NCBI GenBank assembly: GCA_963716725.1
Contig: CAVQUB010000003.1
Location: forward strand, 128,001-192,000
Origin: an uncultured delta proteobacterium
GTDB lineage: Bacteria; Myxococcota_A; Polyangia; Polyangiales; Polyangiaceae
Direction: 5' to 3'
Length of the DNA: 64,000 bases
Position numbers and translations under genes: made by a program
The notes under the pieces: model-generated
What the model was told of the DNA's origin: nothing
What the model saw: only the letters and a program-made list of their open reading frames with translations
Databases searched by the model: none
Part shown: in pieces, positions 20,697 through 30,691 of the stretch
Numbering within the stretch: position 1 is the first letter of the stretch
How the letters are laid out: the number at the start of each line of letters is the position of its first letter

Positions 20697-22181
20697 TCAG
20701 GGCTTCACTTCGTCGGCGCCGAGGTCGGGCGCGCCCTGATCGTGCGCTTGACCGTCCATGTCCACGCCGGCAGAAGGTCCGCTCACACCCTTGTCGATGG
20801 CGTTGGTCGCGCCAGCGGTCAGGTGGAAGTCCTTGCCCGCGCTGGCGAAGTAACCGAGGGGGGTGCTCTGCAGGTTGTGATCCACCGTGCCCTTGGCGCC
20901 GTCGCGCATCGTGATCTTGCTCACCAGGTTGTTCTGAATGACCGCGAAAGTCTCGGCGAAGCGATAGTCGATGGAGCTGAAGAACTTGGTAGCCCCGCTG
21001 CCATGCACCACCGTGTTGTGCACGACCAGCGGCTGCTTGGCGATGGCAAGCTCGATGCCCGTGTCGTAGAAGGCGTGGTTCGCCCAGATCACGTTGTTGC
21101 GGATGATGCCGTCGTAGTGCGCGAGCTTGACGCCGCCGTTCGGGTTGTCGGGGTACGCGCGCTCGCCTATCCCACCGCCGAGACCAAAGCCCACACCGCG
21201 CGCGCAGTCGACGATGGTGTTGTTCTCGACCAAGGTGTCTCGGCTGCCCTTCCAAAAGTGAATGGCGTGTTCGGCGAGGCCGCCAGCGTCGCAATAGATG
21301 CCTTCGAAGCGGTTGTTGCGCACGACCCACTTCCAGCCCGCGTGCACGTCGATGCCGCCGGTGTAGCAGCCGCCGCAACACTTCTCGACCTTCGGCCGAC
21401 CGGCAGCGGTCATCACGAACTCGGAGCACTCGACCCGGCCCTCGTCGATATAGCCGGGAGTGCTGCCGTTCGGGTTCACCTTGATGAACTGTTCGCCGTT
21501 GTCCACCAGCCGCGCGCCGTACACCACCAGGTTCTTCACGTCTTGGTTGGCGCCGGGCGGGTAGGCGTGAATCGCGTGGTCGACGGCCTGCGTCAGCGTC
21601 ACGTGCGCCACGGTCACGTTGCTCGCGCTCACCGCGATCAGCTCGTTCACGGCGTACTTGCCGTCGATGGTCACCTTGGTCGCGTCGTTCGACGCCGAGC
21701 GCAGCGCAACACCCGCCTTCGCGAGCTGCAAGGTCGAGGTGATGGGGTAGTTTCCGTCTGCGAGCAGGATGGTCGAGCCCGCCGCCGCGTTCTTCACGAT
21801 CGTGTGCAGATTGCCCGCGTCGGTGGGCTTGGCATTGACCACCGCGCCGGTCGCGGCCGGAAGCGCCGGGCAGGCGAGGCCCGCGCCTCCCGTGCCGCCG
21901 GTGCCCGTGCCGCCGGTGCCCGCGCCGCCGGTGCCCGCGCCGCCGGTGCCCGCGCCGCCGGTGCCCGCGCCGCCGGTGCCCGCGCCGCCGGTGCCCGCGC
22001 CGCCGGTGCCCGTGCCGCCGGTGCTCGCGCCGCCGGTGCCCGCGCCACCGGTGCCGCCACCCGCGGCGCCGCCGGTCGCGGTGCCGCCCGATCCGCCGGT
22101 GCCCGGCTTCGAGCCCGAGTCGTCATCGGAACCACAAGCCACGAACCCAAAGACCAACACGCCCAGAGCCACGAGCCGCAT
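20697..22181 (-). CDS. Secreted lipoprotein with Gly/Thr linker and right-handed beta-helix domain
   Basis: Lipobox VAC; (GTGGA)n; xxNN beta-helix pattern; C-terminal PDLGADE. Confidence 0.8.
   Translation of the reverse strand: MRLVALGVLVFGFVACGSDDDSGSKPGTGGSGGTATGGAAGGGTGGAGTGGASTGGTGTGGAGTGGAGTGGAGTGGAGTGGAGTGGAGTGGTGTGGTGGAGLACPALPAATGAVVNAKPTDAGNLHTIVKNAAAGSTILLADGNYPITSTLQLAKAGVALRSASNDATKVTIDGKYAVNELIAVSASNVTVAHVTLTQAVDHAIHAYPPGANQDVKNLVVYGARLVDNGEQFIKVNPNGSTPGYIDEGRVECSEFVMTAAGRPKVEKCCGGCYTGGIDVHAGWKWVVRNNRFEGIYCDAGGLAEHAIHFWKGSRDTLVENNTIVDCARGVGFGLGGGIGERAYPDNPNGGVKLAHYDGIIRNNVIWANHAFYDTGIELAIAKQPLVVHNTVVHGSGATKFFSSIDYRFAETFAVIQNNLVSKITMRDGAKGTVDHNLQSTPLGYFASAGKDFHLTAGATNAIDKGVSGPSAGVDMDGQAHDQGAPDLGADEVKP
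21887..22105 (-). repeat. 15-bp coding tandem repeat (GCCGCCGGTGCCCGC) encoding GTGGA linker
   Basis: Visible tandem repeats. Confidence 0.9.
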
Positions 22182-22479
22182 GGGACGAGGGTAAAGGAGT
22201 TCGTCGGCCCCGGCACCGTTATCCGTCGGCGCGCTCTTTTCATTGCCGTCGCGATCTCATCGGCGCCCAATCGACCCCGGCCCAAGCCCAGACACGAGCT
22301 GTCGCTCGGCCCCGCAGCGGCGGCTCACTATGCCGCGACGGACCGGCGGCGACGCGCTTTTCAAACCCCCGCTAGGCCAGCGTGAAGCTCGTCTCGCCGG
22401 ATCCGGCCAGGCGCTGGCGAAGAGCGACGGCGCAGCAGCACGCGCGCCGTCGCGACGAACCCTGGCGTTCCCGACCCAC

Positions 22480-22528
22480 AAAAAACCCGTCCCCCCCGTT
22501 CGCGCGCGAGCGCGAATTTGGGGGGGAC
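22480..22528 (-). terminator. Probable intrinsic terminator after the 22560-23231 gene
   Basis: Long stem (GTCCCCCCC..TTCGCGC / GCGCGAA..GGGGGGGAC) followed on the minus strand by GGGTTTTTT. Confidence 0.65.
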
Positions 22529-22559
22529 CGACGCCGCTTCGCGGCGGCGAGGGGGGGCA

Positions 22560-23231
22560 TCACTTCTCGTAGAGTTGAGCGGCGGCGATGCCCGATCCGC
22601 CTGCGACTTCGAGCACCAGCTTGACCGGGACGGCCATGGGGAAGGCGTTCTTGTAGCAGTTCGGTTTCTTGCCGAGCACGGCCTGGGCGCCGGTGTCCTG
22701 ATCGTTCGCGAGGATCATCGCCGAACCCGGGAGGGGCGTCACGGCGACGAACTTCACGTTGACCTCGCTCACCGGCGCTAGACCCGAAGCGACGACCGTG
22801 TAGCACTTGCCAGGCTGAAGCTGGACCTGCGACTCGAGGAACTGGCCCTGCTGGAAGTTACCCGCGAGGGCCGATCCGACCGGCTTGCTGCCGGCGACCG
22901 CGTTCTGCGTCGCGAGCTGGTTCAAAACCTGCGTCGCCGCGCCTGCGAGCATCGGATCGACGGGCTGCGCCTGGCCGCCGCCTGCCGGCGGCGCTGTGGG
23001 CGCAGCGGTGGGCTGCGCCGTGGGTTGAGCGCCCGGCTGCTGCTGCGGGTAGGCGCCCGGCTGCTGCTGCGGGTAGGCGCCCGGCTGCTGCTGATAGCCG
23101 CCCGGCTGCTGCTGGCCGTACGGCTGCTGCTGGTAACCCGCCGTCTGGGCTTCGTCGTCCTTCTTCTTGCAACCCACCATGCCGCTGAGAACGACCACGC
23201 CAACAACACTAAGGATGAACCCGTTTCGCAT
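22560..23231 (-). CDS. Lipoprotein with Gln/Pro repeats and a C-terminal beta-sandwich-like domain
   Basis: GAGGAG RBS, MRNGFILS..MVGC lipobox, (QQQPGAYP)n 24-bp repeats. Confidence 0.8.
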   Translation of the reverse strand: MRNGFILSVVGVVVLSGMVGCKKKDDEAQTAGYQQQPYGQQQPGGYQQQPGAYPQQQPGAYPQQQPGAQPTAQPTAAPTAPPAGGGQAQPVDPMLAGAATQVLNQLATQNAVAGSKPVGSALAGNFQQGQFLESQVQLQPGKCYTVVASGLAPVSEVNVKFVAVTPLPGSAMILANDQDTGAQAVLGKKPNCYKNAFPMAVPVKLVLEVAGGSGIAAAQLYEK

Positions 23232-23293
23232 GACAACTCCTCGCTCGCGCCTCTCGTACGGTTTCCGCACGCGCGGCGACCTAGGGCCGCGGA

Positions 23294-23323
23294 AGGCTAC
23301 AATTAGACGGGCCGCGGGGTAAA
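23294..23323 (-). promoter_or_regulatory. Candidate sigma70-type promoter (TTTACC-N18-TAGCCT) for the 22560-23231 lipoprotein
   Basis: Motif resemblance only. Confidence 0.3.
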
Positions 23324-23344
23324 GCTCGTCACGCGGCGGGCTAA

Positions 23345-23377
23345 TTTCTGGGAAAAGCCTGCAAAATCAAGGAAGAA
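23345..23377 (-). other. Chromosomal protospacer identical to CRISPR spacer 15
   Basis: Reverse complement of TTTCTGGGAAAAGCCTGCAAAATCAAGGAAGAA equals the spacer at 59427-59459, 33/33. Confidence 0.97.
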
Positions 23378-25676
23378 CCACGGCGCCGGGGTTCCGATCG
23401 ACGCCCCCGCTGTGCTCCGTTTGCGGAGCGCCAGGCAGACTCGCTTGCGCGTGGAGGCTCCAGGTGGCTCCCGCGGCGGCGGCCGGTGCCCCCTTTGGCA
23501 GCGTGTAGGTTTGCGTGCCGCCGGCGTCCACGAAGATGCCGTAGGTCGGCATCTCGTCGCGAGTGGTGAAGGGCCCGGCGTGCCCGAGCGACGCGCAACC
23601 GTAGGTGTTGGCCCCGGCCGGCGTGTACGTGTCGTCGCCACCGATGTTGATCAGGCCGCCCGCGCCCTGTGAGTTGCCGCAGCCCAGCGAGAGCCCGGGC
23701 GCGGTGTAGTCGTCGTTGCCGCCGGCATCGACCTGCAGCGCACCGGAGAAGTCATGACCCACGCCGATGCTCGTCGCGCGGACGGGGAAGTCTTTGTTGT
23801 ACAGGTCGTCGCCGGCGTGATCGAAGTGAAAGCCCAGCGCAAAGTGCGCGCTCGCGCCTTGCACGTACCAGAGCCCCTTGTAGGTGTCGTTGCCGGATTT
23901 GTCGGAGAGCACACCGAAGCCCAGCCAGTAGCCCGATCCCTGCCCGAAGACGCTGACCGTGTACTCGTCTTTGCCGGCGCGGTCGTAGAGCACGCCGTGC
24001 CCGCCGCCCATGTAGAGCTTGCTCTTGTCGTCGCGCCGACCGAAGCCCGCGCCCTGACACATGCTGGTATTGCCTTGACCCGGCAGTTGCGCCGACGGGT
24101 AGAGCGGATCGCCGCCGATGGCCGGATCACCCGGATCCGCAAACCAGTGATCGTCGCCGCCGCCGTCGATGGCCACGCCGACCCCGCGCACGTAGCCGAA
24201 GCCCTGGGACGCGTAGAACGTGCGGTACTCGTCGCTGCCCGCCCGATCGATCAGCGCGCCGATGCCCCACATCGCCGAGCCTTGGCTGGTGCTCTCGGCC
24301 ACGTAGCGATCGTCGCCGCCGTCGTCGAAGAGCACGCCCACGCCCATCGCGCCGGCGCCTTGAGAGAGGGTCAGGGAGGCGTATTCGTCGTCCTGCCCGC
24401 CGAGATCCCAGAGCAGACCGACGCCGAGCACCCCGCTGCCCTGACGCCCGACCCGCGACAGCGTCTGACCCGTGGCGCCGGCGAGCCCGTAGCGACCCGC
24501 GGAGTCCGACGGCGGTCGCGTCGCCTTGTCCAGCGAATCGGCGGAGATCTCGTAACCGTAGCGATCCTTGCCGCCCAGATCGACGAAGACCCCGACCGGG
24601 ACTTCGCGCCGACCGACTCCGATCGGGACTTCGTAGGTGTCATCACCACCGAGCTCGAGCACGAACGCGCCGCGCTCGGCGAGGTGCCCCGCCGCGTAGG
24701 TGTCGGATCCGGGACCTCCGATCACGACGGCACCAATCGGCGTGTCGACGGCCAGTGCCGGCAGCGCGCGGTTCGCGAACTTGGACAGGCTCGCCGCCTC
24801 CACGGCCCGCGCCACCAGGGCGGCCGCAGCCGCGAGGCGCTTCTCGTCGACCTTCTTCAAATAGCCGACGCTGGTCGTGTCCACCAGGAACGGCGCCGTG
24901 GGCAGGATCACGAAGCCGTGCACGCGCTCGAGGAAGTCGAGCTCTTCGCTGACGTCGGTGCCGAACGACGCGCGCACCTCGCTCGCGGCATAGGCGATGG
25001 TCGCAAGCACTGGCACCAGCGCCTGTTGCAGATCGAGCGGCACGCCCTGGGTCACGGCCGCCAGATCCGAAGCGTTGCCCGCGCCCAGCTTCGACAGCGC
25101 TGCCGCCAGCGGCGCCGCATCGGCGCTCACCAGATCCCAACCGTCGAGCTTGGCGCAAACGTCGATGTCGTGGCCCTTGCGCACCGAGGCCGCGAGCACG
25201 ACGCTCGACACGGTCTGATCGCCGTCGAGCGCGGCATCGAAGAAGCTCTCGGTCTCTTGCACGAAGCTCGGCGCGCGCAGGATCGCGGAGTGCAGCGGGC
25301 GAAAGCTCGGGAGCTGATAGCCGTCGTCGGCAAAGATCGGCTTCCAGATCGCCATCGTCGCGTCCGAAAACCCGTAGCCGCAGCGGTCGATGCCGGCTTT
25401 GCCCAGCGCGTCGTCGAGGGCGTCGGGAGCCGATGGTTTCTTCACCGGGCAGCTCGCGTCGCCGGGCGGCGGCGCCGCGGCAGGTGACTTCACGCAAATC
25501 GGGCTGAGCGGTTGGGACACGTCGCCCGCCTCACCGGCGACTCCCCCGGTGCCGCCGCCGACGGAGCCCCCGGCGCCGCCGGAGCCCGCCGGCTCGCCGC
25601 CGTCGTCGCCCCCGCACGCGGCAAACACTCCGCCCGAGAGCAGCGCCAGAACACCCAACCCCGAGAGCAGACGCAT
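23367..25676 (-). CDS. Large lipoprotein with repeated D-x-x-G-x-D-x-Y...QG motifs, function unknown
   Basis: Lipobox FAAC; multiple GxDxY / SQGxG..GxG repeats. Confidence 0.75.
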   Translation of the reverse strand: MRLLSGLGVLALLSGGVFAACGGDDGGEPAGSGGAGGSVGGGTGGVAGEAGDVSQPLSPICVKSPAAAPPPGDASCPVKKPSAPDALDDALGKAGIDRCGYGFSDATMAIWKPIFADDGYQLPSFRPLHSAILRAPSFVQETESFFDAALDGDQTVSSVVLAASVRKGHDIDVCAKLDGWDLVSADAAPLAAALSKLGAGNASDLAAVTQGVPLDLQQALVPVLATIAYAASEVRASFGTDVSEELDFLERVHGFVILPTAPFLVDTTSVGYLKKVDEKRLAAAAALVARAVEAASLSKFANRALPALAVDTPIGAVVIGGPGSDTYAAGHLAERGAFVLELGGDDTYEVPIGVGRREVPVGVFVDLGGKDRYGYEISADSLDKATRPPSDSAGRYGLAGATGQTLSRVGRQGSGVLGVGLLWDLGGQDDEYASLTLSQGAGAMGVGVLFDDGGDDRYVAESTSQGSAMWGIGALIDRAGSDEYRTFYASQGFGYVRGVGVAIDGGGDDHWFADPGDPAIGGDPLYPSAQLPGQGNTSMCQGAGFGRRDDKSKLYMGGGHGVLYDRAGKDEYTVSVFGQGSGYWLGFGVLSDKSGNDTYKGLWYVQGASAHFALGFHFDHAGDDLYNKDFPVRATSIGVGHDFSGALQVDAGGNDDYTAPGLSLGCGNSQGAGGLINIGGDDTYTPAGANTYGCASLGHAGPFTTRDEMPTYGIFVDAGGTQTYTLPKGAPAAAAGATWSLHAQASLPGAPQTEHSGGVDRNPGAVVLP

Positions 25677-25729
25677 CAGGCGCCGAGCTTAGCGTGGAAC
25701 CCGACCGCATGCAGCGCTAGCGTTGGCGC

Positions 25730-26533
25730 GTGCGATTCGCGCTCATCACCGATCAACACTTTGGGCCCAAGGCGTTCTTCGGCGGCAAGCTCCGCAAACT
25801 GAGCCACGAGGCCGCGGATCTGACGCGCAGCTTCGTGGAGCGCATGAACCAGGTCGAGAGACCCGAGCTGGTCGTGAACCTGGGCGACGTGGTCGAGGAC
25901 GAGAGTCGGGACCACGACCTCGAGCGCTACGCGGAGTTCGTGGGCATCCTCTCGGAGCTGGACGCGCCAGTGCTGCACGTCGCGGGCAACCACGATCAGG
26001 TCAACCTGAGCGACGACGATCTCCGCTCGCTCTGGGGACACGCAGGGCCGCTGCACTACAGCCGCGATCTGGGCGGAGTGCATTTCGTCGTGTTGAACAC
26101 CCTCGAGACCAAGGACGTCTGCGTGCGACTGCCAGCCCAGCAGATCGAGTGGCTCGCCCGCGATCTCCAGGCCGCGACCGCGCCTGTCGTGGTGCTGATG
26201 CACCACCCGGCCAGCGAGCAGGACTTGAGCGGCAATCGCTGGTTCGAGAAGGCCCCGCACATCTGCCGTGTGGCCGAGCGCCGCGAGCTCCGGCGCGTGC
26301 TGGAAGAGAGCGGGAAGGTCGCGGCCGTGTTCAACGGCCACGCACACTGGAATCACGTCGACCTGATCCGCGGCATCCCCTACCTGACCCTGCAGAGCCT
26401 GATCGAAAACCTCGACGACGACGCGCCCGGGCGCCCGGCGTCCGCCTTCGCGGTGGTGGACCTCGACGACAAGCGGCTCTGCGTTCGCGTCGACGGCGCG
26501 GAGGCGGCGCGCTACCAATTCGAACGCGGCTGA
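25730..26533 (+). CDS. Calcineurin-like metallophosphoesterase
   Basis: DQH, GD, GNHD, HH, GHAH. Confidence 0.9.
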   Translation: MRFALITDQHFGPKAFFGGKLRKLSHEAADLTRSFVERMNQVERPELVVNLGDVVEDESRDHDLERYAEFVGILSELDAPVLHVAGNHDQVNLSDDDLRSLWGHAGPLHYSRDLGGVHFVVLNTLETKDVCVRLPAQQIEWLARDLQAATAPVVVLMHHPASEQDLSGNRWFEKAPHICRVAERRELRRVLEESGKVAAVFNGHAHWNHVDLIRGIPYLTLQSLIENLDDDAPGRPASAFAVVDLDDKRLCVRVDGAEAARYQFERG

Positions 26534-27880
26534 TCAGCCGGCTCGCTTCGCCTTCTTCTTCTTCTTTTCGGGCGGCGGCGGCGCCGGTTCTTCGTCCGGC
26601 TCGAGCTCGTCCGAATCGTCGGCGTCGGGCTCGGCGCCCGGCCCCAAGCTCATCGCCGCCTCCGGGTGCTTCTTCGCGGCTTCGTCCAGCGTGTACCAGA
26701 CGACGCCGGCGGCCACGCCTGTACAGACGCCGATCCACTGCGAGGTGGAGAGCTGGGTCGACGATGCCTGCGCGAAGCTCTCGGGTCGTAGCGTGAAGTA
26801 GAGCGCCGCCGGGGGCACGATGGCCAGCGCGTCGGTGACGTAGCGCAGCTTCGGTGGCTTGATGCTCCTAGAAGGTCCGTACACCCAGGCCGCGGCGAAG
26901 ATCAGCAGCGCAGCGGGCAAGAACACATGCGTGCTGACGTGTGGCCCGAGCTCCCCGCGCTCGAGGTCGTCCCGCAGGATCTCGACCAGGAAGCGCAGGT
27001 AGCCGTAGCCGAGCGTGAAGGCGAGGAAGACCTGGCCGCGAAAGTGGCGGTGTTTGCGGACCCAGAACACCAAGCCGAAGAGCAGCGCACCGGCCAGCAT
27101 TTCGTAGAGCTGCGTGGGGTGTACCGGGAGCGACACGTCGGCGTCGGGCGACAAGCCGCGCTGGTTCACGTGCTGGATCCAGGCAGGAGATCCCGAGCCC
27201 TCGAGCAACGTGCCCTCGGTCCAGCGCGGGAAGCTGCCGAGCTTCTTCAGCCAGGCGGGAGCGCCGTCCGACAAGGGCGTGCCAAAGTCGCAACCAAACA
27301 GGTAGCAACCGATGCGCGTGATCACGAGACCGACCGCGAGGCTGGGAACCGCCACGTCGGCCCAGGGCAAGAGGCGAATCTTCTGGCTGCGCAGGTAGAC
27401 GAACGATCCGATGAACCCGCCCAGGAATCCGCCGTAGGCCACGAGCCCGCCCCGACGAAACGCAAACAGATCCTGAAAGCGATCGAACTCTTGAGGGTTC
27501 GTTACGAAGTAGAGCAGACGCGCGCCGATCAACGCGCTGGCCGCCGTGACGAAGTAGCAGTTCGCCATCTTGTCTTTGGGCAGGCCATCGCGCTCGGCCA
27601 GGCCCAGCGTCAGAAACCAGCCCACGACGATGGATACGCAGAGCATGGCGCCGTAGCTGTAGATGGGCAGCGGCGCCAGCGTCGTGACCTGACCCCGGTA
27701 GGTGAAGGCGCTGAGCCCAGCCGCGGCCGCGAGCACGATGCCGATCACCAGCAGATCGCCAGCGCGCTTCTTGTAGCCAAAGAGGCCGAGCATCGCGCCG
27801 AACGCGGCCAGCGCCAGGAGCGCCGGGAAGAGCGGGATAGTCCAGGCGGGCAACGGCAGCCGAAACAGGACGGGGTGCAT
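26534..27880 (-). CDS. lgt: Prolipoprotein diacylglyceryl transferase
   Basis: MHPVLF, YSYG, GARL, GLVAYGG, RIGC..GCDFG, HPTQLYE, RFLVE..R. Confidence 0.9.
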   Translation of the reverse strand: MHPVLFRLPLPAWTIPLFPALLALAAFGAMLGLFGYKKRAGDLLVIGIVLAAAAGLSAFTYRGQVTTLAPLPIYSYGAMLCVSIVVGWFLTLGLAERDGLPKDKMANCYFVTAASALIGARLLYFVTNPQEFDRFQDLFAFRRGGLVAYGGFLGGFIGSFVYLRSQKIRLLPWADVAVPSLAVGLVITRIGCYLFGCDFGTPLSDGAPAWLKKLGSFPRWTEGTLLEGSGSPAWIQHVNQRGLSPDADVSLPVHPTQLYEMLAGALLFGLVFWVRKHRHFRGQVFLAFTLGYGYLRFLVEILRDDLERGELGPHVSTHVFLPAALLIFAAAWVYGPSRSIKPPKLRYVTDALAIVPPAALYFTLRPESFAQASSTQLSTSQWIGVCTGVAAGVVWYTLDEAAKKHPEAAMSLGPGAEPDADDSDELEPDEEPAPPPPEKKKKKAKRAG

Positions 27881-27952
27881 CGCGCCGCTCCCATACCGCG
27901 CAAAACGTCGCGCTACAAAGGCGCTGCGAATGGCCGCATGGAGCATGCTAAC

Positions 27953-29002
27953 ATGCGGGCCGTGACGCGCTTCGTTCCGCACTTCGCGCTGGCCGCGCTG
28001 GCCCTTGGCTGCGTGCCGACTGATGACCCACCTGCGCCCGCTCAGACCGGGGTCGCGGCGCTGCCCGCACCTCCGCCGCCCCCGCCCGCGAGCGCGGTAC
28101 CCAGAGGCCGGCTCGATCCAGGTCGACCTTTGGCGTCAGCGAACCCCTTCGTGCCCTCGGGCGATGCCGGCGCGGCGAAGCGCCTCCCGAGGAGGGGCGA
28201 CCAGCGGCGCTTGACCGCTCCTGGCCTCGAGGTCGAGCGGGCGCCAGCGGCCCTGGCGAAATCGCCAAACTTGCTGCCCGAGCTTGCACCCCCTCCGTCG
28301 CCCGCCCTGGCGCAGCCACCGGTCGAACCTGCGGCGCCGGCCGCCGCGGCCGAGCCAGCCGCCGTTCCGGCCGCCGCGGCGAAGGCGCCAGCGGGGCCGC
28401 CCGACAGCCCGATCGTCGGTGTGTACTACGACAGCTTCGATCGCGCCGAGCTCGGTCCGGAATGGAACGCGACCAGCTCCGAATGGCGCATCGTGGCCGG
28501 TCGCCTGTGCGGGCAGCGGGCTCGCAACCACCCGGCGTGGCTCCGACGAAAGCTGCCCGTCAACGCGCGCATCGAGTTCGATGCGACCTCGACCTCGCCG
28601 GACGGCGATCTGAAGGTCGAAATCTGGGGCGACGGCAAGAGCTTCGCCAAGGGCACGTCGTACACCGATGCCACCAGCTACCTGGCGATCTTCGGCGGCT
28701 GGAAGAACCAGTTTCACGTGCTCGCGCGCATCGACGAGCACGCGCCAGGGCGCCCCGAGGTCAAGGTGACCGCCGGCGGCGACCTCAAGGCGCGTCCCGT
28801 GGTCGCCAACACCGCCTACCACTTCAAGCTCGAACGCCTCGACGGCAAGACCGTGCGTTGGTTCGTCGACGACATCGAAGTCCTGTCCTTCGAAGATCCG
28901 AAGCCGATGAAGGGTGAAGGACACGAGCACCTGGGCTTCAACGACTGGGAAGTTCAGGTCTGCTTCGACAACCTCCAAATCACAGCGCTCACAGGAGCCT
29001 GA
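27953..29002 (+). CDS. Lipoprotein with Pro/Ala linker and lectin-like (ConA-type) beta-sandwich domain
   Basis: Lipobox ALGC; YYDSFDR..W, FGGWKN, FDNLQIT. Confidence 0.65.
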   Translation: MRAVTRFVPHFALAALALGCVPTDDPPAPAQTGVAALPAPPPPPPASAVPRGRLDPGRPLASANPFVPSGDAGAAKRLPRRGDQRRLTAPGLEVERAPAALAKSPNLLPELAPPPSPALAQPPVEPAAPAAAAEPAAVPAAAAKAPAGPPDSPIVGVYYDSFDRAELGPEWNATSSEWRIVAGRLCGQRARNHPAWLRRKLPVNARIEFDATSTSPDGDLKVEIWGDGKSFAKGTSYTDATSYLAIFGGWKNQFHVLARIDEHAPGRPEVKVTAGGDLKARPVVANTAYHFKLERLDGKTVRWFVDDIEVLSFEDPKPMKGEGHEHLGFNDWEVQVCFDNLQITALTGA

Positions 29003-30256
29003 GTGGCGGAAGATCCCGAGCTCGATCTGGACGAAGAGCTCGCCGAGCTCGATATCCGGCTCGAGCGGCTGCGTGCGCTCTACGAACAGTACTTCATCGG
29101 CATCGAGAAGCTCGAGCCGTCGATCCCTCGCAAGGACGTCGAGCGTCGGATCTGGACGCTGCGGCGCGTGAAGTTTCGGAACACCGCCAAGCGCTTCAAG
29201 TTCAACGTCATCACCCAACGCTTCAACACCTTTCAGCAGTACTGGTCGCGCATCTGCCGCGAGATCGAGAACGGCACGTACAGGCGCCACCTGCTGAAGG
29301 CGGAGAAGGCGCTCGGGCAGCCGCTCACCATCGCCGCCAAGCGCCGCAAGGGTGACTTTGCGCGGAAGGAGGTCGTCGAAGAGCCGCCGGACGAGCCGAC
29401 GCCACCGCCCGTCGACAACATCGACCAGATGCTGGGGATCCGAACGGCTCAGGCCCCGGTGAAGCCGGCGCGCGCGCAAAACCCAGCAGCGGCCGAAGCG
29501 CGGCCCGCCCGCTTCGTGCGCGAGCGGCTCGACCTCGACATCGACGATTTGATCGGCGGCGGCGCAGCCCCGATCTCGAAGCGCTCCCAGGCGCCGGTCG
29601 GGCCCGGCCGGCCCGCTGGCGTCGCACCGCCACCGGCTTCCGGCCCGGTCTCCCGTCCCAGCGCCAGCCGGCTTCCCCCGCCCCCGTCGGTGGGACCAAT
29701 GGCGGGCGCCCGCCCGCGCCTGCCCAAGGACGTCGCGCTGCCCCCACAGTCCTCAGCCCCCGGCGTCGCCCGGCCCCCGGCGTCCAGCGCCCCGGCCGAT
29801 CGGCGCGGTCCCCCGCCGATGCCAAGCCGCGTGAAGCCACCGATCCCGGCGCGCGCGCCGGGCCAGGCCGTCGGCGGAGCGCGACCGCCACCGACCGCGG
29901 GCCCCGGGTCCACGCGTCGGCCGGCCCAAGCTCGACCTTCCGCGCCTCCACCCAAGCCAGCGCCGCCAGCCGCGCCCAATCGTCCACCGGCGGTCACCCC
30001 CGCACCGGTCGCCAGGCCCCCCGCTGCCGCAGCGCCGCCCGGGACCATCAGCGACACGCGACTGCGCGAGCTGCACGGTCGCCTCGTTGACGCAAAGCGT
30101 CAGACCAAGGAAGGCACCTCGGTCTCGGTGGATGGGCTCGGTCGGCAGCTGCGCGCAGCCGAAGACAAGCTGCGAAAGCAGCACGGGAACCGCAAGATCG
30201 ACTTCGACGTCGTCATCAAAGACGGCAAGGCCGTCGTGAAGCCGATCGTGAGGTGA
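29003..30256 (+). CDS. Myxobacterial protein with MXAN_5187-like C-terminal domain and Pro-rich linker
   Basis: LYEQYFIGIEK.EP N-terminus; DFDVVIKDGKAVVKP C-terminus. Confidence 0.7.
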   Translation: MAEDPELDLDEELAELDIRLERLRALYEQYFIGIEKLEPSIPRKDVERRIWTLRRVKFRNTAKRFKFNVITQRFNTFQQYWSRICREIENGTYRRHLLKAEKALGQPLTIAAKRRKGDFARKEVVEEPPDEPTPPPVDNIDQMLGIRTAQAPVKPARAQNPAAAEARPARFVRERLDLDIDDLIGGGAAPISKRSQAPVGPGRPAGVAPPPASGPVSRPSASRLPPPPSVGPMAGARPRLPKDVALPPQSSAPGVARPPASSAPADRRGPPPMPSRVKPPIPARAPGQAVGGARPPPTAGPGSTRRPAQARPSAPPPKPAPPAAPNRPPAVTPAPVARPPAAAAPPGTISDTRLRELHGRLVDAKRQTKEGTSVSVDGLGRQLRAAEDKLRKQHGNRKIDFDVVIKDGKAVVKPIVR

Positions 30257-30263
30257 TCTCGGC

Positions 30264-30536
30264 TCAGCGGGCCAGACGCTGGCGGTCGGAGGGCGGGACC
30301 GACGGGCGTCGCGTCTCGACCAGCACGTCGTCCTCGCAAAATAGGATAGCGCAGGCGCTACGGCCGGCTTCCTGGAGGCGACCGCAGAGCTCCGCGAGCT
30401 CTTCGTCGGAGTCGACGACGTCGCCCTCGACGGGCTGAAGGGTCGCGTGGTCGTAGCGGCAGTTGTCGAGCGCTACCCAAAGGCCTTTGAGCTGCTCCGA
30501 GCGACAGAGCTCGGGCCAGGTCATTCTGATTTTCAT
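30264..30536 (-). CDS. Small hypothetical protein
   Basis: Globular composition (GLWVALD..VVDSD); codon usage consistent with neighbours. Confidence 0.6.
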   Translation of the reverse strand: MKIRMTWPELCRSEQLKGLWVALDNCRYDHATLQPVEGDVVDSDEELAELCGRLQEAGRSACAILFCEDDVLVETRRPSVPPSDRQRLAR

Positions 30537-30691
30537 CGCACTGATTGCTTTGCTTGGTTCGGACAGAGCCCCCAGCTCGAGTCAGAAGCGATGAGCAAAT
30601 CTAGACCCGCTTCTTCGAGGTCGTCAAGCTGGCGGTGTCGCAAAACGTATACACCTGGGCCTGTGCTCGACGCATTTCGTAGCAGATTTAG

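Noticed and set aside
21887..22105. Tandem repeats here and at 23030-23140, 38065-38155 and 42319-42590 as possible CRISPR-like or non-coding arrays
   Set aside because: Unit lengths are multiples of 3, they are in frame in low-complexity protein linkers, and there are no unique spacers.
26927..29002. 691-aa ORF, and similar extended ORFs at 39858-41897 and 55257-56405
   Set aside because: The N-terminal parts are shadow frames of lgt, ftsEX and cas7; real starts are 27953, 41001 and 55656.
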